Source of the DNA: Octopus vulgaris
Lineage: Eukaryota
NCBI GenBank assembly: GCA_951406725.2
Contig: OX597814.1
Location: forward strand, 47,802,001-47,866,000
DNA length: 64,000 nucleotides
Direction of reading: 5' to 3'
A program made the position numbers and the translations under genes. A model generated the notes under the pieces. It ran no database searches. It had not been told where the DNA came from and worked only from the letters and a program-made list of their open reading frames with translations. Of the stretch, positions 23,284 to 37,838 are shown piece after piece; the first letter of the stretch is position 1; each line of letters opens with the position of its first letter.

Positions 23284-23450
23284 TTTTACGTGTTTCAGTC
23301 ATTTGACTGTGACCATGCTGGGGCACCACCTTGGAGGGTTTCAGTCGAACAAAACGACCCTAGAACTTATTATTTTTTGAAGCCGAGCGCTCATTCTATC
23401 GGGTCCTTTTGCCGGACCACTAAGTTACGGGGACATAAACACAACACGAC
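23284..23450 (-). mobile_element. Family-C SINE 3' half
   Basis: TGTTTCAGTCATTTGACTGTGACCATGCTGGGGCACC...CTAAGTTACGGGGAC. Confidence 0.8.
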
Positions 23451-23455
23451 CAAGC

Positions 23456-23530
<75 letters not shown>

Positions 23531-23540
23531 CATACATACA

Positions 23541-23576
<36 letters not shown>

Positions 23577-23748
23577 CATATATATATATATATATACAAA
23601 AATTCTATAATTATAAGCATAATTATAATTAGGGTTCAGCAAATTGCTTCACCACATATCGAAATTTAGAAATAACGGTTAAATACTATTCCTCTACCAT
23701 AAGATATCTCCCAGACAACTGTCTGTGTGTACATACACACACACATGA

Positions 23749-23779
<31 letters not shown>

Positions 23780-24168
23780 TGTATGTATGTATGTATGTAT
23801 GTATGTATGTATGTGTGTATGTATGTATGTATAGAACCAGATTGGATTAGAACGTGTACTAGCGGCTTAGCAGATTAAGGATATTATTGCTCCTGGTTTA
23901 GAACAAATTTTCCCAATTCGGAAACCATAAACAAATCTAGGATTAAGATATTTAATGACGTTTGGAAACCGAACTAATTGAAGTACTGCATAGAAATAAA
24001 TATCACAAATATAAAGTTAAATAATTTGGAAAATGTTTAATCTTAATTTATATATTGCTTAATAAATATTAGTGAAATGAATCTCAGATGAGTAATGACA
24101 GTAAATGAAAAGTGATTTTGTTCAAAGAGAGAGAGGGGAAGAGAGAGAGATAGTATGTGTGTATGTGT

Positions 24169-24205
<37 letters not shown>

Positions 24206-27002
24206 TGCGTGTGTGCGCGTGTACGTATGCACTCATGCGTGAGTTTCCGTTTGTGTGTGAGTTACTGTGTGCGTGTTTGTCGCAACAAGTGGTGGTTGTG
24301 TCCCAGCACAACTGAAAGACAGCAGAAGAATATATCGCTTTTATAACTATCTTTCATCTCTTCATTCAACTTCAGGTCCCTCTGTTTCGCAACACAAACT
24401 ATTCTTTCCGTTTCTCTTGCTGGCACTCTACTGTTAATAATCTCCAATACAGACGAATATCTTTCATCTCGGCTTTCATTTTGCTTTTCGCTATTTATAT
24501 ATAGTTTGATACTTTGATCTCTACAGCTTGTATTTTCTTTGATTTATAGCACTCTCTATATAACCTTATACTATTCGTTCAGTCATTCCCACTATTTCCA
24601 TCTCATATTGTCTCTTTGCCTTCTGCGCAATATATTTTCTTTTTTTGTTTTTTATCGCCATTTTCATTTATCCATTCTTTAATTCCATTACTTTTTTACA
24701 ACCTAACATTTATGGACAGTTAATATAAAAAGGATTTTTTTAGATATATTTTCCCTGCTATTTATTAAATTGTTCATACTATTCGATCACCCTCAACACA
24801 TTTCTAGTAAATCAGACCTAGTGAAGAAATGTTTTGTTTGTAACAGATAATTTGGCGAATACTAAGATATTTTGCCACTGCGGAGGAGGATGAAAAAGAG
24901 AAGGAGGAGGAAAAAGAATAGAAAGCAAGGAGGAAGAAGACTAGAAATGATGGGAGGGGATTATTTTAATAATATTTCCTGATGAAAGTACAGGTTCACA
25001 AATGTTAACAGCTTTTATCTTACCCACCTTGCAGAAAAAGAAGCAACGTCGACCTTTGTGTCTTTGCCTAAAGGAAGTCCCAACATTTCTTCTACTTTTT
25101 AACCATGGTGGTTAAATTCTACCATACATAACGTTTCTATAGTTGGTAAAAACGCTATTGTCAGCCTCAACATCAGCAATACTTTCGGCCATTTGTAGCA
25201 CTTAAAGCTCCAGCAATACTATCCGTTTATAGGTGTCATCTGTCCCACTCAGACCGCACCATCGCGTCCTATGCTGACTCTCTCTCTCTCTCTCTCTCTT
25301 TCTCATTCTCTCTCTTCCCCTCTTTCTCTGGTTATCATACGTTCAGAAACTTTTGTACATAAATCTTCGTCCTATTACTGTGTATTTTTATGCATTTCAT
25401 TTAATTGTATTTCTGTTAATGATTACTGTAGAACATATACTTAGCGATAAATTATAGGTGACTATGAGGCACGCTGTTGCCTGCCAGATTTTGCATCTCT
25501 ATACTGTGTCAAGCAGTTGTTAATCCAACCCGAACTATCTTGATGTGGGCAAACCTAACCTGTAGAACTGGGTAGAATCTTTTAGTACTTCAAACCTAGC
25601 CAATATTGTGACACGGGGAATGGGTGCAGTTTAGTGTCATACCCAGGGTCTTGATAACGAAATAGTGAAATACTAATGGCTAAGAGAACAAGATGATTGA
25701 AGATATCAGTCTATTCTAGCTATAGTTTACAATCATCCCGTAAGATATATCAAACACATTTCCGCCTGTTCCACCCGACTTTGGACTTCACAATAACCCC
25801 AGCATACAAGGTTAGAGAGATCATTGGCACTTACCTAACGTTCTACCTCAGGTCCCCGGAAGGAAGTGGATGGACAAAGAGTATCCTGGACGGTAGTCGA
25901 AAGAACCATCTTCATCGCTGATATTTAGACTCGAGCTTCTTTTGGGGCTGTGTATGCAGAATAAATCTTACAGTTCATTGAGAACAACGAAAATCTGCCG
26001 ACTTGGACTGCAATTCGTACTATATAATGACCAAATACATCCCGGTTTAACACAACCAGTATCGCTTATTCTTGATTATACCAACTGTGATAACGCTGTT
26101 ATAATCATACGAAATACAGTTCCAACTTCTGGGAACCTTCTCTTTCTATATTTTACCTGCAAAACATTGACCTACTAACGTTCAGGCTGGTCATCGGCTG
26201 CATCAATTTCATCGGCCTGGGAGGACAGCAAAAGTCAGAGTTCCCACTCTCCTCCTTTAATTAATTTATATAAAAAAAAAAGAGAAAGAAGAAAGATTGT
26301 TATTGAGGTTCATGTTTGTGCTTCCGTGACAGTTTAATGTGTCGAATGCAAGCAGGCTGACATTTCACGAAGGTCAATCGACAAAGTAGAAACAATGGAG
26401 TGAAAGCATTTGTTGCAATACAACTGAAGTGTACGCGTGCGCGTGTGTATAATGCGCGTGTGTGTAGATCATTATCCGTTACATATGTGATATCAGTAAA
26501 AAAGAAGAAAAAAACTACTGTTTGTAAAACACGGTTTTTAGTGTTTGTATTCTGTGTAAAGTATGTGAAATGCGTATTAATGTTTGTATTATATATATGT
26601 ATGTATATAAACACATTTCTGTACAAGATGTATACGTATGTATGTTGTCACTGAGAAATCAACTATACATTCATACATGTCTTCACAGACGTATTATGTA
26701 TGCTACACAATTATACAAAGTATTTCACAGTTAAGATGGTAAATGCCAAGCGCGTTTAGGATATAGAAAAATGTTTTATGGATGTGCAAATATACATTGA
26801 ATCAAAGAAGATAGATGGATAGATATTTGGATGAATATCCTTTGAATATTCTTTATATACACAAGAGATAAAACATCTTTATAACAATTTACAGTATGTT
26901 TCTGTTCAATACACCCATTATGCTTTTCCTTTATTCATTGTAAAACTCTTGATTATAAACTTCTATATTCAGATTCTAAATGTAATGTACAAAGACATCA
27001 TC

Positions 27003-27045
<43 letters not shown>

Positions 27046-28274
27046 TTTCTCTCTTCCTTTCGCTATGTATTATGAGATAATAAAACTAATAACTCCTAAC
27101 TATGTAATGTAATGTGTCATCCTTTCTGGGTTTTAGATGCTATAGTTTACTTTAAAAAAAGTTTTGGCTACTATTTCTTGCACGTAAGTTTCGTCCATGT
27201 CTTATCGTTGTGCTTGTTGATTTTCATGACAAAACACTTCCGACCAAATATATGTTGGCAATGGAAGCTGTCGATGGGTTAAAATTACATAACTTTATTG
27301 TCAGTTTCTAGAAATGTAAGTGAACGCGATTTTCGTCATCAGGAATATAATTTTGAAAATAATCTGGGGAACATTTGAAGAAGTGGATGGAAGAAATTTA
27401 ACAAAATCCATATTGTACTTATAGATGATTACTTGGTGCATTTGAATTATTTAGATTATTTTGCGTATGCAGTGTATGCTTAAATCTATCTATATAGCAA
27501 CGCTGGATAAAGACCAGTTTCTGTACCCTCATCAACATGCTTGAATTAAAGATTATGAAATGGAGATATGGAATTAATAGCAATAGCTTAATGTTTGTTC
27601 ACATTTTGGTATCCAGGCATGCAGTCAAGTGATCACATCACATGTTATTTCTCTTTGTATTCCTTATTCTCATACACATTTATCCACTAGGTTTACTACA
27701 CTTTATGACGATTGCTACTATAAGAACGTAACAGTATCATTTGACCATTACCATACACAGAAGTAACGTCATATAATCTTGGGATGGCCGCTTGCATATA
27801 TAATAAAAATGCATTGCAACTTTATAAATACATTTATTGTATGGAAGACGGTGAGAGAGAGAGAGGGAATAGGAGAAAGAAAGAGGAAGAGAGAAAGCAA
27901 AGTGTGTTTGAGTATTTATGTTTGTGAGTATTCGTCTGTCTGTATCTGTGTCTGTTAAATCTAACATTATGCATAATAATTCGAATTAACTGATGTGTAA
28001 TTTAGATTGGAAAGGAGTCATAGTTCTGAAATAACAATACATATTACCGAAATAAACGAAATATAAAGTTTGATATGGAATGATAATTGCCGTTACTGTA
28101 TGATAGAGTTCAGTCTTATATGACACTGTCGGAAACTTCGTTTGCAAACCAATCTGCAAGTCAATTAATTCCACGAGATCCTGCAAGGAATGAATAATAC
28201 GTGTATAAAAAACTGAAAATAGTCTTACACAAGAATCTGTATTATGAAACGAGCCAAACAGGGAGTTTCTGTGT

Positions 28275-28461
28275 GGTCGCTTAACCTGCACGAAATAGCA
28301 ACCAAATCTCCTACAAATTACAACCCTCTGCTTTAGAATAAGGAAAGATACTATGTATAATACAGTCTTAGATATGCATAAAAATAAAGGATGGTCTTGA
28401 CTAGGGTCTTGACTATGTTAGAGCTGATCTGGAGTTAAACAACAACAATAACAACAACAAC
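28275..28461 (+). mobile_element. Family-D short repeat with (AAC)n tail
   Basis: Similar to 21740-21945 (reverse complement) and 45900-46075; ends TTAAACAACAACAATAACAACAACAAC. Confidence 0.55.
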
Positions 28462-28647
28462 AGAGTGATTGCATTTGATGTGTTTGATACCATCAGAAGA
28501 ATAAAAAAACAAAGATGCTTTCGAACAGAATTCAACCTGAAAACTCTGATTTTATCAACTGCAACCGGGTTTTCTGGAATTTTCCTAAAGGTAAAATGTC
28601 TCCTCTAGCACTGTGTAATATTTATTCGCAACTTCTCAACAAGGAGA

Positions 28648-29163
<516 letters not shown>

Positions 29164-30799
29164 TGATTGTGCATGAGGTATTTCTGTACATAAAAACACA
29201 TTTGCTATACGATTCACTTCTAGTCTCATTTCGCTTATGCATCCTTAATCTCAGTCTCACTACTAAACCATCACCATTTCTGCATATATCCGGTAGTCCG
29301 GCCAGAACCTTATTTCAACCCCACTCCTTTCATCTATATGCTACGTCTCGGACCAAGTGGCACTTCAAGTTTGCTGGCTAGTCTATGTTAACTATCTCTA
29401 GAAGTTAACTATCAGAGGCAACTAAAGAGGAAGACTGAAACCATCTTCTCAACATGGCCTCTCACATCCAACACACAACCAAAACTCATGAATTCAACTC
29501 TTTATGGGTTCAGTGTTAGCTATAATACAACTACACAGACAAATGCACCGTTTATATCAGTAGGAAAAATTCACCTACATATACGAATTGAACGGGTTTT
29601 ACCTATCAGTGTAATTCCTCTAAGACCATCATCCGAAATGCGAAGGATGTCTCCGTTCATCTGCAAGCCCTCATGCTCTAGCTATGGTTGATACTTCTAG
29701 GTCCCTGTGAAAAGGATCTCTACCAACTTTTGTCTCGACATTTGCTGCTCGCATTACGCTAAATTCCATACTACACACCCAATGTAGACCTCAAAAGCTA
29801 TTTATCCTTTTCCACTTCACCAGGCTCACCATCACGTACACATGTGCTCTAAGTTCAGAAACAGCTCCGGTCGCTTCAAACAAACTAGGCTACAGATTTA
29901 TCACTCAGAAATCACAAATGCTGCTTTCATAGAACCAAATTTACCAGAGATAATTACGAGCCAATGCGGCTCCGTATGTGGTTTTGTTAGAACCAACTTC
30001 CAAAAATCACACTTGTATCAAATTCTCTCGGTTTTAAAAAGTAAAAGCACATAGGATAATGTAATTCTAAGTGAATAACATTTTTTAAAATAGGTCGTCA
30101 CAGCTGGAACACCATTGATTTTTGTTTGCGCTATCAGACTTAGGAACAATTTTAGCTTCTCTAGTTTTTCGTCCAAATGAGATTTCTGGTTATAATGAGG
30201 CTTTTTCCATTTTCTCGAAACAACTTTTTCCAGGACTGGCTTCTACTTTCACCAAACTCTACAAACGTTTCTCTTTCTGTAGATATCTATGCTCTGCCCT
30301 CAAGAAAACGGTCTATCTGTTTATCATTCTCGTGACCTATAACATCTTGAGTCCCTTTCTCTACTCAGAGATCACGAATACGGCTTCTACAAAGCCAAAT
30401 TTACTGAAAATAGTCTGCTTTCACACTTCACACACCCTTTGAGAACCTCGGCAGAAGCAATATTGCTGTTTTTTACGTCAGCAAATCTTTTGACTGTGAC
30501 TAGTACGAGAATTTCAAGACAAAGTTGTTGCTTGCTAATGGAATCCTCTTGTCGCATCTCTTGGATCAGAAATTTCCAGTCAGACTTCTCTATTACGACA
30601 AAATTACACATTGCCGTCTCAAACACACATTCTATTAACTTTGCTGCGCATCGTGATTCGGTCATCATGTAGCCACTAAATAGATTCAATAAACCACTCT
30701 CGAACACAAATAACACAGCTAATAACACATTAGAAATGATATCATTCATAAAACTAGCAACACGAAACAGAATACGATAAGAAATATATAGATAGATAT

Positions 30800-32450
30800 C
30801 GCTACGAAGCTTAGCGACTGTCCTGCCCGGTTATCCCAGCTATAACATCATTCAAATTCGATCACGACGACGGTGGGGGAGGGGGCGGTAATAAACATAA
30901 AGAATTTTGTTGCAAAAATAATACGTACATCATAAGGGAAGACAAATAACATTATAGCTATATCACAAACAATGCACCTGGACACATCTACATACTTAAA
31001 CAAGCTAACAACAAATCCCTAATCGTTATTTTCTTCTGAACACACCTTGACATCTCAATCAAATGGTACTCAGTTCCTCAACTTTCCTCCCATTACATGT
31101 TTATCATCTACACGGCATATTTGCACACTAATACACGAAACACTTTCACAATTATTTTTACAAGCCAAGTGGAACCACTTTCATTAGAAAACTGATTTAA
31201 GATGACAAGATATCAGCAACAACACATTGAATCAACACATACACTGCCATGCATACACTCAATAAAATGATTTAAAAAGCCTTCTCAATAGGCAATATAT
31301 AAAAGACAATTGAAATAGCCATCCTGATAAAAAAAAATTAGAAGCAACGTCACAACGCAACACGGTAATATCAGAATCGGTAGAAACAAACTCAACATCA
31401 AGAAACTAAATATGGAAATAAGAAAATAAGCCAAAGGAAAGTAGGAAACTAACAAATATGATAAATCACAAAACAAGCAGTAAAACGCTATAGAAACTAA
31501 TTGGCCGTATCAATAATTCCAATAAAGGCCATAGCAAATATCGTAATAACAACTTTAAGTAAGATACATCTCAACAGCAAATACTTTTACAAAATTAACA
31601 CCCACAACCACCACTAGTACTAGCACCACACAAACACAGAAACTCAAAATGCGAGATAAGTGCTTTTCATCTAATAGCAATCATGACATCTTTTTATCCT
31701 CAGATATAAGAAAAGCTATTACGAAACTCTCAACCACCAACGCTCAGATTCTGAGGCAGAGTTTAGAGACTTCGTAATAGTTTCTGTGGTATCTAGGGAA
31801 ATTACAAACGTTTAAAATCGTAGATAATGCATTCAGCTTCTCAACCTCAACTCCTGCTAAAACAAACTCCTGCAATTTTGGAATCGGGAAAAGTAGTGTC
31901 AGTTTTAAAACTCAACAAATACTTAGTATAACACTGTATCATATGAAAACCGCAGTATTACACAGAGCCAGGGCCGGCCCTAGGGTTGCTGAACTTCGGC
32001 GTGTACAAGCTGTCAGTCGTGGAAATTCCCTTGTCTTTGTCACGTCCTCCTTGGCGCCCCTTAGCATATGGCGCCCCGGGCAACTGCCCCAGTTGCCGGC
32101 ACCTTGTGCCGGCCCTGCACAGAGCCATCACGTTCATATACAGACTGCTGGATACTATATTGAGTAGTATCATACAGAGCCATCCCACTCATAGGTAGAC
32201 CGTAGTATGATACAAGGTAGTAATATCATTGAGTAGCGTCACACAAAAGAGTATGCTAGAAAAACTCATTTTCCTCTCTCAAACTCAGAATCTAATTCAG
32301 ACTTTTATACTCAACAAATACACACACTATTTACAAACATTTCTCAAAATATATATAACTGCGTCAACAATAAATAAAAAATACATAGACGCCATCCGAA
32401 CCATCAACAACATTCAGCAAAACTGTGTACGCTTTACAAAACAACACAAA
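30800..32450 (+). mobile_element. Highly decayed APE-type LINE remnant
   Basis: Scattered motifs only: PSYNII...GGG near 30835-30885, TFT...AKWNHF near 31140-31182, GKVVSVLKLNK near 31887-31921; A-rich strand bias. Confidence 0.4.
31969..32117. mobile_element. hAT-type MITE (149 bp) with perfect 8-bp TSD
   Basis: TIR CAGGGCCGGC / GCCGGCCCTG; TSD CACAGAGC at 31961-31968 and 32118-32125. Confidence 0.93.
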
Positions 32451-32980
32451 TTATTCTTGCTAACCTATTTTGCTCTCTCTATTGAGCGTCCTAACACACA
32501 CACGCAGAATTTTTCCTCTCAAAATAACTTCTCTTAAAACGCCTTGTGTCTTTAATTGTCAACTCTCTATGGCTGTTCTTAAGACAGTTTTGCTATGTGG
32601 TGGTTATGTAGAACAGTGACTGCTGCTATTAAATGACTTTCTTTCTTTATAGTTTTTATCTATTGACAAAAGCAAAGCGGTAAGATGAAATGGCTTGTTC
32701 AGCTTGAAGGGATAACTATATCAAATATCGAATGTAAACGTTGACGCTGAAACATTATACTAGTATATGAAACACCTGGAATCATGAAATGGATACTAAT
32801 TAGTATGCACATTCCAGGCCAGGCTGGGTTGTGACTTCCTCTTATTTAATTTTATTTCACTCTTTCAGTCCATACAAACACTTTAGTAAAGTTTAATAGT
32901 CAGACCTAATGTTTGTGTTATACACATACACACACACGTGCGCGCACACACGCATACACACTCTCTCACACACACACACA

Positions 32981-34182
32981 CTGGGTTGGCTAAAAAGTCT
33001 GTTCAGTTTCTGTCGACAATAAAAATTCCAGCGTTCTAATATGTAACTTCAGCCTGTCCCTCGTGCATGTACACTCGTTAGGTAGTTAGCGCTTCAACGT
33101 AGTTCCTCATGAACTTGCGACTAGAAAGATTGTATTTTGCGTGCTTGGGATCACCTTGAGAATGAAGAACCAAAACGAACATTATCAACAACTCATGTTT
33201 TTTTTAATTTTTTAAAAAGCCAGAAAACGGTGGAAACCTACAAGAATATATGCGCTGATATACGAAGGGGATGTTGTTTGTGAATCTGTATGCCAGAAGT
33301 AGGTTTCAAAATGTCGATCGGGAAACTTATCGGTTTAAGATGCGCCTCGCTCTGGCCGGTCAGCTGAGATTAACAGAGACAACAACACTCGTTATACATC
33401 CAGGATGATCGCAGATATTCTTCAGATATCTACATCGGGTGTTGATAACTATCTTCATCAGCTTGGTTACATAAGCTGTCTCGATGTTTGGGTCCCACAT
33501 CAATTGAATGAAGCTAACCTCGCCCAACAGTTTTCCATCTGCGAACCGTTACGGAAAAAAAAAGCAAACGATTCATTTTTTGAAGAGACTGATGATAACA
33601 GGGGACGAAAAATGGATCGTCGAAGCGCAAACGCTCATGTGGGAAGCGCGGCAAACCGATACAAACAACCTTTAAAGAAGGGCTTCAACCAGAAGAAGGT
33701 TATGCTTTCAATTTGGTAGGATTTGGTGCTGTTTTTTACGAGCTTCTTCACGCAGTCAGGACCATAAATTCATTTCTGTGCTGTGACCAGCGAAACATAG
33801 GAAGCACAGCACTCTACCAAATTAAGCACTGCGTCCACCACTTACTAATTGTAAGGACACTGCCATTCATCACGACAATGGTAGATTACACACTTCTTTG
33901 TAGACGCGCAGACGTTAGAGGAGTTTGGCTTGGGACTTTTGCCGCATCCTCCATATTCACCCGATATTGTGCCTTCAGATTTTCACCTGTCATTGTCTCT
34001 GAAGAACTAAAAATTCACCTGGAAGAGATTTTCGCCAGTAAAGACAAGAAATTCTTCGAGCACAGAATAATGGATCTGCCTATAAGATGGCAGAGGATAC
34101 TGAACTGAAATGGTTATATCAGTTACTGAATAAAACTTTTGCTTAACAAAAAAGAAGTGAACGTACTGTTTGACCAACCCAG
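32981..34182 (+). mobile_element. Near full-length decayed mariner transposon
   Basis: TIRs CTGGGTTGGCTAAAAAGT and TACTGTTTGACCAACCCAG-TA, about 1.2 kb apart; transposase motifs DAPRSGR, WVPHQL, KKVMLSIW, HPPYSPDIVPSDF, DLPIRWQ with stops and frameshifts. Confidence 0.92.
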
Positions 34183-34194
34183 TATATAAACACA

Positions 34195-34635
34195 GTCGTG
34201 GATGTGTGGTAAAAAGTTTGCTTCCCAACCAGATGGCTTGGGGATCAATTCCACTGCATGGAATATTGGGCAGGTGTCTTTCTTCTGATATAGCCATAGT
34301 TTGATCAAAGCTTTGTGAGTGGACTTCATAGATGGAAGCTGAAAGAAGCCTTAGTGGTTAGGATATTGCACTTACGATCGCTAGATCATGAGATCGATTC
34401 CCAGACCGGGCACCAAGTTGTGTTCTTGACCAAAACACTTTATATCACGCTGCTCTGCGATCTTTTCGACATCTGATGTGTGGTACACTTGTACACTTGT
34501 ATAATCAATATCGATTTGATGGAAGGAGTCAGATAATGTACGACACATGCATTTGATCCTATAAACAAATCATTTTTGCAAGTCTTTCAGCAACAACTGA
34601 ACGCTCATACGTCGTCTTTGACGGGAGATTCCATC
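34195..34635 (+). mobile_element. Family-C SINE 5' part followed by another tRNA-head SINE
   Basis: GTGGATGTGTGGTAA...TTGGGCAGGTGTCTT...GCTGAAAGAAGCC, then TAGTGGTTAGG...ATCGATTCCCAGACCGGGC (family-A-type head with a different body). Confidence 0.7.
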
Positions 34636-34944
34636 GCACACACACACACACGCACACACACCCACACACACAGGACTATATATATATATATATAAATCTA
34701 TATATATATATATGAGTGTGTGTGTTACTATTTCAATTGCTTACAGTTGTAAGCGAGTGTCAACTGTCATGCAAGCGTTGTCCTTCGTTTTCAGTTTTCC
34801 GAGACATATCTGATCTCGAGAAAATATCTCTTTACATAAAAGCAGGCGCGGGTTAGCGACAGAGAAAACCACTCGTCTGTAGAAAATCTGGCGCAACAAA
34901 TTCTATCCGACCCATGCGAGCATGAAAAAGTAGACTTTAAGACG

Positions 34945-35009
<65 letters not shown>

Positions 35010-35729
35010 AAAAGAATTCCAACCTTGTCTGATTTTCACGTTTTATTTACAATCTTATAATGATATATTATAAGATAATATATTATAATTGAATAAAATA
35101 AAATGAAATAGTAGAATGTTAAATATTCATTCTGATTGAACTAGTACTTTCATGCATTGAATTCTGCAATCTTCGGGTTCATGTAGTAGTGTTGACAGTC
35201 ATGCTTCACAATTTTTGACTGTAGCAAGATGAGTGATTCTGTGCTATAAATACAGCTGGGTAGGCTCCAGAGTGCTAGGTTTTGCAAACTGTATTCTGAC
35301 CAATCAGTGTGTAGTATCACTCAATTACTTAAGCTGATTGGTTGGTTGAGCTGATTGGTTTAGGCATCACGCTTTGTTGGACAGGTCAAGAGTCCTGTAT
35401 CTTGACCCTGGCCGAAGCAGCAATTGTTGGGTTATTTTTAGAAATGTTGTAAATATCCTTTGTCAGAGATTTTTATATTTTTATATTTCAATTGTCATCA
35501 TCATCATTGTCAGCACCTTAATTATTGTTGCTAGTGGTGATGGTGGTGGCAATAGAACTTTTAACCCTAAATAAGATAATTTTCCTGCTATCTTCGTCTT
35601 GATCACCTTTAGTATTGTTGTTGTTGTTAGTGGTCATGGTCGTAGCAGTGGAAGTAATACCTCTAAGTATTATTATTATTGCTTATTTAGCTTGGGTTCG
35701 AATTTATCAATAAAATTCTTCTGATTTTC

Positions 35730-35798
<69 letters not shown>

Positions 35799-35802
<4 letters not shown>

Positions 35803-36069
35803 CGGTAGTATTATCGCCAAGCAGTGTTTAGGCATAAGCAAAGTTTTCGTTAGTTAAAATATATTTGTGACATATTTCAACTGCTGAAAGGCAAATTCAC
35901 AGCAGCTACTGCGGAGAAAAATTCTCTCTTATAGTAAAAAAAAAAGTGTAAAAACATCATGCCTGTCCAGTGTCACCCAGGATTCCAACACATCGATATT
36001 TAAACATAGTTTGACTAACCTAAACTTTGCTTATGCCTAAACATTGCTTGGCGTTAATATTATGGTAAT
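35799..36069. mobile_element. MITE-like element with ~68-bp imperfect TIRs
   Basis: CGCCAAGCAGTGTTTAGGCATAAGCAAAGTTT vs AAACTTTGCTTATGCCTAAACATTGCTTGGCG (reverse complement). Confidence 0.85.
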
Positions 36070-36758
36070 TTCTACGACCTCGGTGGTCTACTGGCGCTAA
36101 TCAGTCAATGCTGTTGACTGTATTTTAGTTAAGGCTATAGCTTTGATAAGGACTATCCACAGTTGCCTCTCTTTGGTGTATCTCATTGATAACGGCTAAA
36201 GAACTAGAAATATAAAATAATAAAGGTTACAATTTGTATGCTTTCTTAGTTTTAAAAAATGAAATAAGAATGTGAAAATCTACAAACTGCTCTGTGGACC
36301 ATTTAATCCAATCCTTCTTTCCAATCCTGCAAATCACTGGAATTCTCTCTCCGCTTACTTTCTCTCTGTAGACATATAGCGGCCTACAAATGATCAAGCT
36401 GGATAACAACCGAGTCAGTCTCACAGGTCAGAGAAACCTTACAATTATCATGGGCACTGCCTCTGACTAGCTCATTTAAAATCCAAGGACGCGAAAATAT
36501 TTTCCTAATCACATTTTCGGAAATACTATAGCTGTTCAGTGTACACATAAAATGTAGATCGTCTGCGCACGCGGGTGCATGCGTGGGTGCGAAGCATGGG
36601 CTGAGAGAGAAAATCGTAGAGAAATAATGAGACATTTCCCTTCTACTACTCACCTTCCTACCTACCTACCTACCTACCTACATACCTACCTACCTACCTA
36701 CCTACCTACCTACCTACCTACCTACCTATCTATCTATCTATCTATCTATCTGATATAC

Positions 36759-36831
<73 letters not shown>

Positions 36832-37729
36832 TAGATAGATATGTGTGTGTATGTATGCATTTGAGCGTATACATCTGTGTGAGCATTTTGCGTATGCGCG
36901 TTTTCATATAACTTCCGGAATTAGGGAAAATGTCAGGTCTGTTGCTCCCATATTAAGCAGATAATAGTTTAAAGTTGGGAAAGTGTGTCTGTAGAGGCGG
37001 AAATGGGTGGAATTGCTAAATGGCCGGTACCGACAACAGAAATAATTAGAGCGTAGATGTCTTGCTCGTGAGGAATGGTTGGTCTGTGGCAATATCTTTA
37101 GTTGTAAATTATCTTCTTTTTAAACTTCCTATAAAGAGTTCATTATTCTCGTGTTCGTATTAAGGAATCACAAATGCATTCTCGCCATGATACGTCCAAT
37201 GTGCATTAATGCATTTAACAAATTCATCACGTTTTATTTCCAGTCACACTTCTATTTAAATATTCGACAAATTGGTTGTTTCTTTGGTTTTCTAACACTA
37301 CAATATACATATATATATATATATATATAACATCTAGATTTGAGCTTTCTGAAAACTGTCTAAAAATCGCATTTAGAGGTTTGTGTCGTGTTCTTAAGCA
37401 GTAAGAGCTGGCTAACCTTTAAGGTATTAATTCTCATAAAATGTTGTAAGTGTTGATTTATAGATTTTCAAATTATCTCCCTTCTTTTTTGAGCATTGCT
37501 AACAATTTCTAAGTTTATTTTCCTTCTCTTAGAGATACTATTCAGTCAATTAAATTCGTCATTCAGTACACCACAGGTACACTTATTTATTTAAATTCAT
37601 ACCATTGGCCCACCTTGGTCTTTTCTCTTAGCTCATTTCATTATTTTTTCCTATCTGTTTATGTGGATATACCTGCTATCATACTAACACATACTCCCCT
37701 ATATAGTTTTATGCAATATCTGCGCTCAA

Positions 37730-37838
<109 letters not shown>

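Noticed and set aside
30387-30749. 120-aa minus-strand ORF
   Set aside because: No recognisable motif or splice context; I cannot support it as an exon.
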